Shown here piece by piece: positions 20,156-31,006 of a DNA stretch of 64,000 nucleotides; the first letter of the stretch is position 1, and each line of letters opens with the position of its first letter. Source of the DNA: a virus; IMG/VR virus record IMGVR_UViG_3300006141_000001; one strand, given 5' to 3'. The notes beneath the pieces were generated by a model. That model ran no database searches and had not been told where the DNA came from. It was given only the letters and a program-made list of their open reading frames with translations. The position numbers and the translations under genes are program-made.

Positions 20156-21664
20156 TTGAAATTCTCAAAAAATCAGATAGTTGGATTTACTTCAAAATTA
20201 TCTAATTTTGAAATAGTAAATAGCGAGTTTACAAGATGCAAATGCTACATACTTGCGACTGGCGATAATGTCAATGGTTCTGATATTACGTATGAGGCTG
20301 TCAAAAAAGCAATGGAAAGAGGGGAATTTTATAATAAACCAGTTGTTGCGCACCTTTACCAAGATCCAGATGATAATAATAAATGGCGAGTTGGCGGGCA
20401 TGACTCAAAATGGGTTATTACAAGGGATTCTATTGAGATTATTAATGAAACAATTCCGTTCGGAACCATCCCAGAATCTTCGGACTTAAAACTGGAGGAA
20501 GTTTTAGAAGCTGATGGAGAGACAATTAATACATACCTTACGTGCCAGCTAATTCTCTGGACAGGGAGATTTAATATTATGGATGCCGCTTATAGCGATG
20601 ATATTTATTTTAACCAAAGCTGTGAAATATCTATAAATGAATATCATTATAAAAACAATGATGTTCTTGCAATAGATGATTTTACTTTTAGTGCCATCTG
20701 TTTATTAAATAAGTCGTCAGACTCTTCTAAGAACATACGTCCATGTTTTCCATCTTGCAAGGTCGAAAAAATAAAATCATTTTCTATTGACGAATCCAAT
20801 TTTAAGAAAAACTTTGAATTGATGTTAAATAAAATCAAACAGTTTGAATCAGATGGGACTGCTGTCCTACCTGTTCAAGATAATGAAAAAACAAAAAATA
20901 AGAAAGGAGCAACTAATATGGAATTAGAAAAGTTTATTTCTCTTCTTTCAGAATTTAAATGCGAAGGCACAGATTCCTTGAAATACGAACTGCTGTCAGC
21001 AGACGGAAATAATGTCTATATGTTAGACAGGGAAAATGGATATAAAATTTTCTCAGTTAAATATGTAATGTCTGATAATGATCCAGTTATCAATTGGACA
21101 ACAAAGACAGAGGGTGATATCGCATTTACTGAAAAAAATGAGGATGCGGAATCTCATCTTACTATGATTTATAATGAGATTAATGATGCATTGTCAAAGA
21201 AATATAAAGAAGACTACTCAAAAATTATTGAGGATAGGCTTCAGGAATACACAAAAGAATATGAAGGCAGGTATGATGAATTACAAGCAGAATTTGACAC
21301 ATTGAAAGATTCTTATTCTGTAGCCAAAGAACAGCTGATGAAGTATAAAGAAATTGAAATGGAAGAAGCCAAACAACGTCATATTGATGCAGTTAAAGAA
21401 ACTCTGGACAAGTTTGAGAAAAAAATGGGCAAACATCCAGAGTTTATTTATTACAAGGCGAAAATGGACAAACCTGAGAATATTGATTTGAAGAAACTCG
21501 AAGATGACTTGACTATGATGATCGGTGAAATTTCAATGAGTGATAACAACACCAAATCTAAGGCTTACTCCTATAACCCCACTTCAACAAGCGTTAAAAA
21601 ATATGGAACTGAAAATGACCTAAAAAGCAGATATGGACATCTGTTTGATGGTTTTATTAATTAA
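20156..21664 (+). CDS. prohead protease / scaffold protein
   Basis: Between portal and capsid; N-terminal NGS.I...KPVVAH...QSCEI...F.FSAICLL; acidic coiled-coil C-terminus. Confidence 0.7.
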   Translation: MKFSKNQIVGFTSKLSNFEIVNSEFTRCKCYILATGDNVNGSDITYEAVKKAMERGEFYNKPVVAHLYQDPDDNNKWRVGGHDSKWVITRDSIEIINETIPFGTIPESSDLKLEEVLEADGETINTYLTCQLILWTGRFNIMDAAYSDDIYFNQSCEISINEYHYKNNDVLAIDDFTFSAICLLNKSSDSSKNIRPCFPSCKVEKIKSFSIDESNFKKNFELMLNKIKQFESDGTAVLPVQDNEKTKNKKGATNMELEKFISLLSEFKCEGTDSLKYELLSADGNNVYMLDRENGYKIFSVKYVMSDNDPVINWTTKTEGDIAFTEKNEDAESHLTMIYNEINDALSKKYKEDYSKIIEDRLQEYTKEYEGRYDELQAEFDTLKDSYSVAKEQLMKYKEIEMEEAKQRHIDAVKETLDKFEKKMGKHPEFIYYKAKMDKPENIDLKKLEDDLTMMIGEISMSDNNTKSKAYSYNPTSTSVKKYGTENDLKSRYGHLFDGFIN

Positions 21665-21681
21665 AAAGGAGGAATTTTATT

Positions 21682-22239
21682 ATGGCAAAACATGGAGTTG
21701 CTGAATCAACAAAATTACAGGGTTGCATGAACGTCAGTTTCATTGCAACTGAAGATGTGGACAATGGTTCTATTGTGGCAAATGGCGGCCTTGCTACAGG
21801 GTACAGGGATGTGTATACCGCAAAAAAACCAACTAAGACAGATAGGGTTTATATCGTAATCCATCCAGTTTACGGATATGACGAAAGACTGGAAGAGGAA
21901 AAAAATGAGGATAATTATACGAACGAGGCGGGGAAAATCTTTAGGACTTATGAAGTGAAACCTGATAGGAAATTTAAAGTTTCTAGCGATATGATTACCC
22001 CAATTGACAGTTCTACGCCAGTAGATGAAGGGCAGTATGTTGTTCCAGATGGCACTTACAAACTTTCAGCAGTTGCCACAGAACCAACTGACTCTAAATT
22101 TGTAGGCATTGTTGAATCAATTGAGGAAACAGGATTCCCATATTTTGGAAGTTCTAAAGGTGTGCAGATTTCAAGCATGGGTTATGTATTTGACACTCGA
22201 ATTGTAAAAGTAAAAATCCGTGTATTAAAAAATGATTAA
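21682..22239 (+). CDS. capsid decoration / minor head protein
   Basis: Directly before the MCP; DVDNGSIV motif; strong RBS. Confidence 0.6.
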   Translation: MAKHGVAESTKLQGCMNVSFIATEDVDNGSIVANGGLATGYRDVYTAKKPTKTDRVYIVIHPVYGYDERLEEEKNEDNYTNEAGKIFRTYEVKPDRKFKVSSDMITPIDSSTPVDEGQYVVPDGTYKLSAVATEPTDSKFVGIVESIEETGFPYFGSSKGVQISSMGYVFDTRIVKVKIRVLKND

Positions 22240-22260
22240 TGAAAGGCAGGTAGGAATATT

Positions 22261-23280
22261 ATGATGAAAGAAAACAACACTGTATCATATATGATTAACT
22301 TAATGAAGGATGCAGGTACAAATAGGGTTGTAAATTTTTCCGAGGGGGCAGCAAAGCATATTGATGATGCTTTAAGGCGCGGATATGATGAGATCTTAAA
22401 TGGAGAATTGAATTATACAAGTTTTAGGAATCACAAAAACGAGATCTTTACAATCTGGGAAGAATCTTTAAAACCATCACTTCCAGAATCCTGGAAAACA
22501 AATCCATTTTACAAAAGAGTATGTGAAACACGTAATGGCGCTATCGGTGAGAAAAACGCGTTTACAGTTAAGGATAAAAGCTACCTTGTCGCCGCAAAAT
22601 TTTCTGGTGGGACATGGGATGTGGAAAGGCAGAAAATTGGAAGGGCTAAAGATATCGCCATCGATTTGGAATGGAGTTATGTGTCATGTTATGAGGAACT
22701 GGACAGGTTCCTTAAAGGATATACAACCAGCATTGAAATGCTGAATGAAGTCAAGGAAGGATTCGCTATTGATATGGACAACCGTATTGCCACTGTATTT
22801 AATGGCATGGGCGCATATCTTCCAGCAAAATTCGTCCAGTCCGGTACATATAATAAAGATACATTAGTAGATCTTATTAGGCTCGTCCGCACAGCAAATA
22901 GGAAAAATACTATTGTTGCCGGCTCCCAAAGGTCTGTAAGTAAAATTGCAGATGGGACAAACTCAAACTGGATTTCCAATGCGGCAAAAGATGAATTGGC
23001 TACAAACGGAGTTGTTGTAAAAAATTTAGGGATTGGCTGTGATGCGATTGTTATTCCAGATTCTTTCATTCCTTATACCTATGATTTTGCAGGGGCAGAT
23101 GACACTCTTTATGTCCTTCCAGATGAAAAACTGATTAAAATCTTTTACGAAGGCAATTTAAGGGCAAGAGAAACAAACGAAAAGGATAACCATGACCAGA
23201 CTATTGATATCACGTTTGAACATCTTGTCGGCGTTGAGTTAGTTACATCTAACCTTTTTGCGAAATATACAATCGCATAA
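22261..23280 (+). CDS. major capsid protein
   Basis: 339 aa, position after protease and decoration genes, followed by a terminator. Confidence 0.75.
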   Translation: MMKENNTVSYMINLMKDAGTNRVVNFSEGAAKHIDDALRRGYDEILNGELNYTSFRNHKNEIFTIWEESLKPSLPESWKTNPFYKRVCETRNGAIGEKNAFTVKDKSYLVAAKFSGGTWDVERQKIGRAKDIAIDLEWSYVSCYEELDRFLKGYTTSIEMLNEVKEGFAIDMDNRIATVFNGMGAYLPAKFVQSGTYNKDTLVDLIRLVRTANRKNTIVAGSQRSVSKIADGTNSNWISNAAKDELATNGVVVKNLGIGCDAIVIPDSFIPYTYDFAGADDTLYVLPDEKLIKIFYEGNLRARETNEKDNHDQTIDITFEHLVGVELVTSNLFAKYTIA

Positions 23281-23286
23281 AATAAT

Positions 23287-23312
23287 AGGGCGGCAATTAT
23301 TGCTGCCCTTTA
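23287..23312 (+). terminator. intrinsic terminator after the MCP
   Basis: AGGGCGGCA-ATTAT-TGCTGCCCT followed by TTT. Confidence 0.75.
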
Positions 23313-23331
23313 CTATTTAAGGAAGTCAAAT

Positions 23332-23538
23332 ATGGTAAATAAAAAATTTTTTTACTGTTATTCCTATAAATTAATGTGTTTTCTAAAGTCATATGGGTTC
23401 AGATATATTTCAAAAGGAATAAATACAAATAGCAATTCCATTTATTTTGTTTTTAAAAAATCTAGAGATTTAGACAATGCAATAATTATCTGGAATACAA
23501 TAAAATTCAAGTTAAGGGAGAATAAAAATGGATTATAA
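23332..23538 (+). CDS. DUF5659-like small protein
   Basis: FYCYSYKLMCFLKSYGFRY.......FVFKKS..L pattern. Confidence 0.6.
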   Translation: MVNKKFFYCYSYKLMCFLKSYGFRYISKGINTNSNSIYFVFKKSRDLDNAIIIWNTIKFKLRENKNGL

Positions 23539-24292
23539 AAAGCTTTCTTTAGAAGATTTAAAGAAGATAGCACGGGAAAAAGGAATTACGTTTGGCAATA
23601 TTGGGAAAGAAAAATTGATCGAAAAAATTAAGAGTTTTGATTCAGAACATAGCGTGAAGTTATTGGCTGACGGAACAGGAATTGAAGAAGATATTACATG
23701 TCCAGAAAGCGATAATACTTCTGATATCCCGCCAGAAAACAGCATAGAAAGTGGCAAGAAAGAAAACGTCATTTGCGCAATCAATGATATTGTTTCAGAT
23801 TTAGAGGATTTTGAGGAAACTGACGAAAAGGATGAGACCATTGAAGAAATTGGGATGGATGAAGAAGTTCCATGCATGAGCATTACATTTGGAGGATTGG
23901 TGTATACATCACCAATTACTGGCGCTACTTATAAATGGCATAAAATCGGAGATGTCGAATACCTATCGGTAAAAGAATTAACTTCTATGAATAACTCTAA
24001 GCCTGTTTTCTTAAATAGGCCATGGATTATATTGCAGGATTTGCGGGCAATCAATAAATTTAGGCTTATGTCTAAATATGAAGAAGTTGCAAAAATCAAC
24101 CAGCTTAAGAAATTATTCGCCACTGGAGATATGGCTCTTATTGTATCAACAATTGATGGGGCGTTAAAATCTGGTATGCGGGAAGTCGTTATTTCGAAGG
24201 TTCGTACAATGTATAATAATGGAATTTTAAACAATACACATATCATCCAGATGCTGGAAGATAAACTACGGTTTGATATTGTGTCTGATTAG
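23528..24292 (+). CDS. protein with Rho-N/HeH-like N-terminal domain
   Basis: YKKLSLEDLKKIAREKGI....GKEKLIEKI motif; acidic linker. Confidence 0.6.
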   Translation: MDYKKLSLEDLKKIAREKGITFGNIGKEKLIEKIKSFDSEHSVKLLADGTGIEEDITCPESDNTSDIPPENSIESGKKENVICAINDIVSDLEDFEETDEKDETIEEIGMDEEVPCMSITFGGLVYTSPITGATYKWHKIGDVEYLSVKELTSMNNSKPVFLNRPWIILQDLRAINKFRLMSKYEEVAKINQLKKLFATGDMALIVSTIDGALKSGMREVVISKVRTMYNNGILNNTHIIQMLEDKLRFDIVSD

Positions 24293-24312
24293 TTTATAAG
24301 GCAGGTGTCCAT

Positions 24313-24786
24313 ATGGGAAACACAACATTTAAGGAATTAGCGGATTCTGTGTTCCTTAAAATAAAAGACATAGACCTTGCCAACCTTCCGGAGGATATTG
24401 CATACCAAATTGTAAAAGGATATGTAAGGCCTGCATGTGTCCAGTTCCAGTCATGCAATGACCAGGATTTATCTGACAGGGATGACGGATTGGAAGAATT
24501 TAATTTCCATCTGACGGATACGAATTTCGAATTGCTGTCTAATTATATGGTAGTTTCTTGGCTGGATTCCCAGATCCTAACAACAAATAATTTGCGTTCC
24601 AGGCTTACTTCAAGTGATTTCAAAAGCTTAAATTTACATAATCAGCTATCAAAATTAATTGAACTCCGTACAATGCTGAAATCTGAGAATGACCAGCTTG
24701 CCATCAATAGATCATACCTCAATTCCAGCATTTATGACATCGCAACAAAGAAGCCTAAGATGCGGAGGGAAAAATATGAGTTTTGA
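24313..24786 (+). CDS. putative head-tail adaptor
   Basis: Position and size (157 aa). Confidence 0.55.
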   Translation: MGNTTFKELADSVFLKIKDIDLANLPEDIAYQIVKGYVRPACVQFQSCNDQDLSDRDDGLEEFNFHLTDTNFELLSNYMVVSWLDSQILTTNNLRSRLTSSDFKSLNLHNQLSKLIELRTMLKSENDQLAINRSYLNSSIYDIATKKPKMRREKYEF

Positions 24787-25771
24787 GCTGATGAAGAAAC
24801 GGATTGGGCATAGCGGATCTTCCCTGTACCATGAGCAGGTCAAGGATGCCAGGGATATATTGGCATACGGCTTCCAAGATGACGTGTCGTATAACCCAAA
24901 TATATCAGATTTTACGACTGGGCATGGCATCCCCATTAAGATATATGACCAGAAATACAACGCGACATATGGCATAACGGCAAAATTTTTAGCATTGCAC
25001 GATATGCCAATTGAATTGGGGCAGCTTCTTTTTGATCCACCCAAGAATGAGTATTGGCTATGCGTGGAGTCTTATGACGTTTCTGGGATACATAACGAGG
25101 GGAAATTAGGCAAATGCATGTCCTTCCTAAAATGGCAGGATTCTAATGGGGCAATCCAGTCTACGCCTGTCATCATCACTTCTGCGTCAAAATACAATAA
25201 CGGCGAAATTGGATCGGAGGCTATAAAATTAGGCTCTGACCAGCTGATGATATTTGCGCAGCTGAATGATTCGACCGTTAAATTAGACAGGGGAATGAAG
25301 TTTTTCATAGATGAGAACAGGCAGAACCCAAGCGTATATGAATTAACCCGTATTGATACTGCCCTGTATGCATATATGGGGAAAGGCTTTGTGTCAATCA
25401 TTGTAACGGAATGCACCTATACCCCTACGGATGAGGAACTGAAACTTGGGGTATGCGATTACCATCAGACAGACAGGGACAATGGAACAGGGGAAGGGGA
25501 TAAAGACACTGTTTTTACAGCTTCCATCTCTGGGAACCCTGTTTTAAATGTTGGTTATCCTAGGACATTCCGTATATTGTCTGATGATGAGGGGTTAGAC
25601 TTTAAATGGAATATTGCCTCAGATTTTGACATCAGCATGGAACTAGAGGGCAGGAAAATCAGGCTGTCTACAGATAACAGGTCATTAAATGGGAAAACAT
25701 TTTTATTGCAGGCAGTTTCTAACGGGAATATCATTGCCCAAAAGAAGATTAACATATCGGAAGGATTTTGA
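24776..25771 (+). CDS. putative head-closure / neck protein
   Basis: GGAGGG RBS before ATG 24776; position in the connector module. Confidence 0.5.
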   Translation: MSFELMKKRIGHSGSSLYHEQVKDARDILAYGFQDDVSYNPNISDFTTGHGIPIKIYDQKYNATYGITAKFLALHDMPIELGQLLFDPPKNEYWLCVESYDVSGIHNEGKLGKCMSFLKWQDSNGAIQSTPVIITSASKYNNGEIGSEAIKLGSDQLMIFAQLNDSTVKLDRGMKFFIDENRQNPSVYELTRIDTALYAYMGKGFVSIIVTECTYTPTDEELKLGVCDYHQTDRDNGTGEGDKDTVFTASISGNPVLNVGYPRTFRILSDDEGLDFKWNIASDFDISMELEGRKIRLSTDNRSLNGKTFLLQAVSNGNIIAQKKINISEGF

Positions 25772-26379
25772 CGGAGGTGTTTTATATAAGGAATTTTTAT
25801 TCTGCTGCAGATTATAAAAACAGGATTATAAACCTTTTAATATCAAGCAAGGATTTTGTCAGGCTGATAAACCCAAAGCCTAGCACTTATGAAGAGATTG
25901 ACACCATAGACGTATTGCTAGGCGGGGAATGGGTCATTAATGGCAAAAAGCATACCGAGCAGGGTTATATATTCGATTACAATTTTGCAGACGACACGAC
26001 TACGGAAGACAAGACTTTTGTGTTTGTTGAAACTGATATAGAATCCATCCATGACAGCATATTTACGGACTTCAATCTCTATGTGGCCATGTTTACAAAA
26101 AAATCCCTTGTGAGGATATCGGACTATACTTCTCCAACTGTCACGCAAGTTAAGGGAATGGGATGCTTCGCCAGTAAATATGCCAACCGTATTGACGCCA
26201 TGTGCGATGTGGCGGACAGGATCCTAAATAAAAATGAAGACGTTAAAGGCATCGGCTTAATAGAGCCGTCACGCATTGGTTTCTGCACTATTTATTCCCC
26301 AAACAGGAATTATTATGGAAAGTGCTTAAAATACCATATACACAATTTAAACGAAAGGGATGATGGGTGTGGTTTATAA
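25768..26379 (+). CDS. putative tail terminator / neck protein
   Basis: Overlaps previous stop; position only. Confidence 0.45.
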   Translation: MTEVFYIRNFYSAADYKNRIINLLISSKDFVRLINPKPSTYEEIDTIDVLLGGEWVINGKKHTEQGYIFDYNFADDTTTEDKTFVFVETDIESIHDSIFTDFNLYVAMFTKKSLVRISDYTSPTVTQVKGMGCFASKYANRIDAMCDVADRILNKNEDVKGIGLIEPSRIGFCTIYSPNRNYYGKCLKYHIHNLNERDDGCGL

Positions 26380-27139
26380 TAAAGAAAATATGTTGCCATA
26401 CCTTATTTATAATAAGCCGTTCGAATATAACGAAAGCATTTCTGTATATCCTGTCACAATGAAGGATGTGATTACATTCCAGGTTTTATCCCAATCCATT
26501 ACGCTCCGGAAGAATAGCATTTTTAGAGAAAAAAAGATACTGAAAATGACATACCTTGATTTCCTGTTGTATTGCTTTGGCAATGAAGAGATTGAGAAGG
26601 AGTATAAAATATCTGGGCTGTCGCAGTATTTCTATTATGCCATCCAATTGCTGACATTATGCTGTAAGGATGCAGAGATTAAGCTGGATGGGCAGAATGG
26701 CGGCATCCGGATCAATGGATGCTTGGTTACGCCACAGGCCTTTGATGACCTGCGGAGGATTATAATCATTCAGAATGACATTGATTTTGACATTGACGAA
26801 TTTTTAAACTACGACACGGAGAAAAGGCTTCAGCAGGCACAGAAGGATTTGACAAAAGGGATGAAAGCAAATATTGAAGATTACATTGATTCCCTAGTCA
26901 TAGCAATCAATACGACTGAAGACAGGATAATGGATATGACCATAAGGAAATTCTGGAGGTATATCAAGAGATATCAGCTTCATGAAGGGTATACGATAGC
27001 AAAGACTGGCGAATGCAGCGGGTTTGTGTCATTTAAAGAGCCAATAAAGCATTGGATAGTTTCTTTGGATGACGAGGATGACAAGTACAAAGAACTTAAA
27101 ACAAGCCAGCATTCGCTGGCTAAGAAAATAGAAGGATAG
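26360..27139 (+). CDS. hypothetical tail-module protein
   Basis: 259-aa ORF upstream of the major tail protein; start uncertain. Confidence 0.55.
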   Translation: MMGVVYNKENMLPYLIYNKPFEYNESISVYPVTMKDVITFQVLSQSITLRKNSIFREKKILKMTYLDFLLYCFGNEEIEKEYKISGLSQYFYYAIQLLTLCCKDAEIKLDGQNGGIRINGCLVTPQAFDDLRRIIIIQNDIDFDIDEFLNYDTEKRLQQAQKDLTKGMKANIEDYIDSLVIAINTTEDRIMDMTIRKFWRYIKRYQLHEGYTIAKTGECSGFVSFKEPIKHWIVSLDDEDDKYKELKTSQHSLAKKIEG

Positions 27140-27166
27140 GGCAGGATCTGTCCCTGTTCTTTTTTT
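27138..27166 (+). terminator. intrinsic terminator
   Basis: AGGGCAGG...CCTGTTCT followed by TTTTTT. Confidence 0.6.
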
Positions 27167-27195
27167 ATACAAAAAAATAGAATGGAGGAATTATT

Positions 27196-28209
27196 ATGGC
27201 AAATAAACCAAAAGACTTTTTGGTAAGCGCAGCGGATTTTGCGTATTATGTTGATGACGTATTGGCCTGCACAGGCAACACAAACCTGAACTCTTCTATC
27301 GAAGTTTCCATGGAAGAACAGGACGTGAATGCGGGCAAAGGGAACAAGACTGTATTCTCCTTTAAATATGGCCGCCAGTTAAGCTGTACGCTTGAAGCCG
27401 CTGATTGGAAACTTGAATATTTAGCTATGGCATCTGGCTCTAAGATTAAGGAAGGGATGGAAGATGTTTATAAAATCCAGGAATGCGTAATCTTGACAGA
27501 TGGGATTGGCGTATTGAACACAGCTCCCATTGGGGATGTTGCGGTAGAACTGCCAAATGGAACTATTGTGACACTGACGCCAGTAGGGACATCTATCGAC
27601 CTGACCAAATATGGGTTTACTACAGGCACGGATTCTGTCAAGGCTACATACCGCTACAATAGGGTTGCAAAATCTATCGCAATTGATGCGGAGTCCACAC
27701 CGCTTTGCGGGAAATTAGTACTTGATGCGGACAAGTATGACAACAAGACTGGGAAGATTGGGAGCATCCAGATTATCATCCCATCTTATCAGCTAAATGG
27801 TAATTTCAACATTGAGTTCACCCCAGATGGCGTGACATCTACTTCCTTGGAAGGGAAAGCCCTGGCTGTTGAAGGGGAGACCTGTAAAGAAGGCGCTGTA
27901 TATGCATACATCAAAGAGTTCGAGGCAAAGGAAAGCGACATTGAAGTAATTGAAATCGCCGCAACCCCTGCCGCAATCAATATCAGTACATCTGATACAG
28001 ATAAGACTACTATTTCTGTTATTGGCCTTAAGGGGTCTTTGTACTCTCCCATTGAACTGGACAATGCAGACTGTACTTTTGTATGCGACACCCCGGCAAC
28101 AGCAACGGTTGATACGGCTGGCGAAGTAACTGCTGTAGCCGCAGGCGCAGCAAAGATTACTGTGACATATGGCAATGTTTCGGATGAGGTTGATGTCATT
28201 GTATCTTAA
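27196..28209 (+). CDS. major tail tube protein with C-terminal Ig-like domain
   Basis: GGAGG RBS; C-terminal TATVDTAGEVTAVAAGAAKITVTY Big_2-like motif. Confidence 0.8.
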   Translation: MANKPKDFLVSAADFAYYVDDVLACTGNTNLNSSIEVSMEEQDVNAGKGNKTVFSFKYGRQLSCTLEAADWKLEYLAMASGSKIKEGMEDVYKIQECVILTDGIGVLNTAPIGDVAVELPNGTIVTLTPVGTSIDLTKYGFTTGTDSVKATYRYNRVAKSIAIDAESTPLCGKLVLDADKYDNKTGKIGSIQIIIPSYQLNGNFNIEFTPDGVTSTSLEGKALAVEGETCKEGAVYAYIKEFEAKESDIEVIEIAATPAAINISTSDTDKTTISVIGLKGSLYSPIELDNADCTFVCDTPATATVDTAGEVTAVAAGAAKITVTYGNVSDEVDVIVS

Positions 28210-28265
28210 CGGCATATTATGGGGGTTATGTAAAATAGCCTCCATAAACAATAGGAGGTGATTCG

Positions 28266-28556
28266 ATGGAAGACAATGCAGTTAATATCCAAGGCAGTCC
28301 TGACATGAATAACCCTATCCCTGATGATGAGAAAAAAATTGCCAAGAATGAGACGGCCAAGAAAAACAAGGGCAGTTACAAGACCATTGAATGCAGAGTG
28401 CTTTCTTATGACGGGAAAACTATGGCATTGGATATTGATTTTAATGGATATGGCATCCGCATTAAAAATGTCAAAGATTTTTATGGGGATAGCGTAACCA
28501 TAAAATACAGGGGCGAAATTGGCAAGCCAAACTTTGACTTTAAGCTGCAGGTATAG
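28266..28556 (+). CDS. hypothetical protein
   Basis: GGAGGTG RBS, 96 aa. Confidence 0.65.
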   Translation: MEDNAVNIQGSPDMNNPIPDDEKKIAKNETAKKNKGSYKTIECRVLSYDGKTMALDIDFNGYGIRIKNVKDFYGDSVTIKYRGEIGKPNFDFKLQV

Positions 28557-28559
28557 GAT

Positions 28560-28739
28560 ATGTGTAAAAATGCTTATGAACGGGTTTCTGATAAAACTGG
28601 GAAAATGATGATTTTCTGCAAGAAAATGGGGAATGATGCTTCCTTATCGCAATTGTGCATTAGCCAGAAGTTCTGTCAGGACAAAGATAGGTATGTTGAG
28701 ATAAACCAAAAAAGAGACTGTAAATTTTATAATGAGTGA
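28560..28739 (+). CDS. small Cys-rich hypothetical protein (59 aa, not in the ORF track)
   Basis: MCKNAYE...IFCKK...LCISQKFCQDK...DCKFYNE; 3 nt after the previous stop. Confidence 0.6.
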   Translation: MCKNAYERVSDKTGKMMIFCKKMGNDASLSQLCISQKFCQDKDRYVEINQKRDCKFYNE

Positions 28740-28767
28740 ATAATAGATTAGCGTAAAAAAGATGTAT

Positions 28768-28824
28768 ATGGGCAAGTTATGCGCTGATCTGTTACGATTT
28801 TGCGTATAGCTTGCCCATTTTTTT
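28768..28824 (+). terminator. long hairpin / terminator
   Basis: ATGGGCAAGTTATGCG...CGTATAGCTTGCCCAT followed by TTTTTT. Confidence 0.7.
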
Positions 28825-28839
28825 ACAACTGAGGTGAAT

Positions 28840-29022
28840 ATGGCAAAGATTGATAGAGAATACCATTGCAACTGGTATGAAGAATTTTTATATTTAACGG
28901 AACATGGGATAAAGTACGAGTTTGTGAAGGAAATTAACGGCGTGCTTACATGGAAATTTAAGAAGAATGGGTTTTTATTTCGGACATTGGCGGATTTTTA
29001 CAGCAATGTATACACAAAATAA
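28840..29022 (+). CDS. DUF5659-like small protein
   Basis: GAGGTG RBS; clear paralog of intron ORF 37300-37473. Confidence 0.65.
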   Translation: MAKIDREYHCNWYEEFLYLTEHGIKYEFVKEINGVLTWKFKKNGFLFRTLADFYSNVYTK

Positions 29023-29039
29023 TTTAAAGGAGTGGACTT

Positions 29040-29306
29040 ATGGAATTTTTAAATGAATATATGATTCCGATCGTATTCGGGATGTGCCTGTGCGTTGGGT
29101 ATGTGATTAAAAACTGGATTAAGGATTTAGACAACAAATATATCCCAACTATTGTATGTGTTTTAGGTATATTTTATGCCGTATGGGTTGAAGGGAAATT
29201 TGACGCAAATGTAGTATTTTGTGGCGCTATCAGCGGGTTATCCAGTACAGGGTTACACCAGGCATTCAAGCAGTTTATTGAAAGCGCTAAAAAATATCGG
29301 CAATAA
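29040..29306 (+). CDS. holin
   Basis: 88 aa with TM segments; NKYIP...GAISGLSSTGLHQAFKQ holin motif; precedes the endolysin. Confidence 0.85.
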   Translation: MEFLNEYMIPIVFGMCLCVGYVIKNWIKDLDNKYIPTIVCVLGIFYAVWVEGKFDANVVFCGAISGLSSTGLHQAFKQFIESAKKYRQ

Positions 29307-29367
29307 CAGCTAGGCTTAAGCTTTTGTCTGCTTAGGCTTATTTTTAATAAAATAAGGAGGTATCATT

Positions 29368-30246
29368 ATGGCAATTACATGTGACAAAGTGATCAGTGTT
29401 GCAGCAAATGAAGTAGGATATTTAGAGAAAAAGAGCAATTCACAGCTGGACAGCAAGACAGCAAATGCAGGCTCCGCAAATTATACAAAGTATGGGAAAT
29501 GGTATGGGCTGAACCCCGATCTCTGGTGCGCAATGTTTATCTGTTGGATTTTTAATACAGCATATGGGGCTGCAATGGCTAAAAAATTGCTGTGCGGAAG
29601 TTTTTCTGCGGCATGTGAGACAATCAGGCAAAATTTCAAGGCCAAAGGGCAATATTATACTTCTAACCCACGTATTGGGGATGTGATATTCTTCCAGGGA
29701 TCAAGACATGCTGGCGCAAACCATATTGGTATTGTAGCAAACGTCTCAAATGGGACTGTCTATACTATTGAAGGCAATACATCTGGCGGAAGCACAGTCG
29801 TGGATAACGGCGGCGGTGTGGCAAGGAAAAGCTACCCTGTTTCTTATAGCAGGATTCTTGGTTATGGGAGGCCAAATTATGACGGCGCATCTGTACAGAA
29901 TAATAATCCATCTAATATGCCAGAAAACAAGTCTACATATTCTAAAAAACAGTTTATCAGAGATGTGCAGTCTGCAATCGGCGCAAAGGTTGATGGGGTT
30001 GCCGGGCCTGAAACATTGTCAAAAACAGTTACGGTTTCTAGGGATAAAAACAGGAAACATGCTGTGGTTAAGCCAATCCAGAAATATTTCAATGCTTTAG
30101 GATACAACTGCGGAGAAGCAGATGGCGTGGCTGGGCAGAAATTTGACTCTGCAACACAGGCATACCAGAAAGCAAAAAAATGCGTGGTGGACGGTGAAAT
30201 CACGGCAAAAAAAAATACATGGAAATCCCTGCTGGGATTACGTTAA
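29368..30246 (+). CDS. endolysin (CHAP domain plus peptidoglycan-binding domain)
   Basis: WCAMFI...GDVIFF...HIGIV...TIEGNT CHAP motifs; DGVAG repeats. Confidence 0.9.
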   Translation: MAITCDKVISVAANEVGYLEKKSNSQLDSKTANAGSANYTKYGKWYGLNPDLWCAMFICWIFNTAYGAAMAKKLLCGSFSAACETIRQNFKAKGQYYTSNPRIGDVIFFQGSRHAGANHIGIVANVSNGTVYTIEGNTSGGSTVVDNGGGVARKSYPVSYSRILGYGRPNYDGASVQNNNPSNMPENKSTYSKKQFIRDVQSAIGAKVDGVAGPETLSKTVTVSRDKNRKHAVVKPIQKYFNALGYNCGEADGVAGQKFDSATQAYQKAKKCVVDGEITAKKNTWKSLLGLR

Positions 30247-30270
30247 AAAATAAAAAAGGTGGTTTTATAA

Positions 30271-30786
30271 ATGGATGCAATACAAGAATTGACTAAAATT
30301 GATTACACTTCGCTTTTTATTTCAGTATTTGTTGTTTTATTTGGGATTAAAGCTATTGTATCTGTTTTCGAATGGTTTATTGAGAAGCTTGGGCTTGAAA
30401 CTAAAGGCATGAGGAAACGGCGGGAAGAGCATGATTTGTTAATCCAGACATCACAGAACATTTCAGAATTACAGCGGAAGCATATGGAAGATATGGAATA
30501 TTCAAACAGCCGTGACGAAGAAATCTCCAAAGACATCCAGAATTTGAATGGTATGTTCTTAGATAAGGAAATTGACGACTGGAGATGGAAAATACTGGAC
30601 TTCTCTTCTGCTGTTTCTAATGGCAGGAAATATAGTAGGGAAGCATTTGACCATATCATAAAAATATATAAGAAATATGAAAAAGTCCTTAAAGAAAATG
30701 ATATGGAAAACGGCCTTGTTGACGAAAGCATGGCATTTATTAAGCGAAGGTATCAGGAACATTTAGATAAAGGCGAATGGAACTGA
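30271..30786 (+). CDS. membrane-anchored lysis-module protein
   Basis: N-terminal TM segment, coiled coil, KYEK...NG..D C-terminus; follows the endolysin. Confidence 0.6.
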   Translation: MDAIQELTKIDYTSLFISVFVVLFGIKAIVSVFEWFIEKLGLETKGMRKRREEHDLLIQTSQNISELQRKHMEDMEYSNSRDEEISKDIQNLNGMFLDKEIDDWRWKILDFSSAVSNGRKYSREAFDHIIKIYKKYEKVLKENDMENGLVDESMAFIKRRYQEHLDKGEWN

Positions 30787-30820
30787 ATTACGTTTTTGAT
30801 ATAGAGAGGTATGGTTTAAT

Positions 30821-31006
30821 ATGGGGAATATAGATTATATAGACAGTTTAAAGCCTGGAAAACGGAAAAATGCTTTTTATATTAAAGCTGAGGCTATTGA
30901 CTATGAAAAAACAGGGATTCAATCATCTAAAAGTAATAAAGTTTATATCCATGTATGGGATCAAAAGCAAAAGAAGTGTGTCGGTAAATTAGTTGACCGA
31001 TATTAA
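30821..31006 (+). CDS. hypothetical protein
   Basis: GAGGT RBS, 61 aa. Confidence 0.5.
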   Translation: MGNIDYIDSLKPGKRKNAFYIKAEAIDYEKTGIQSSKSNKVYIHVWDQKQKKCVGKLVDRY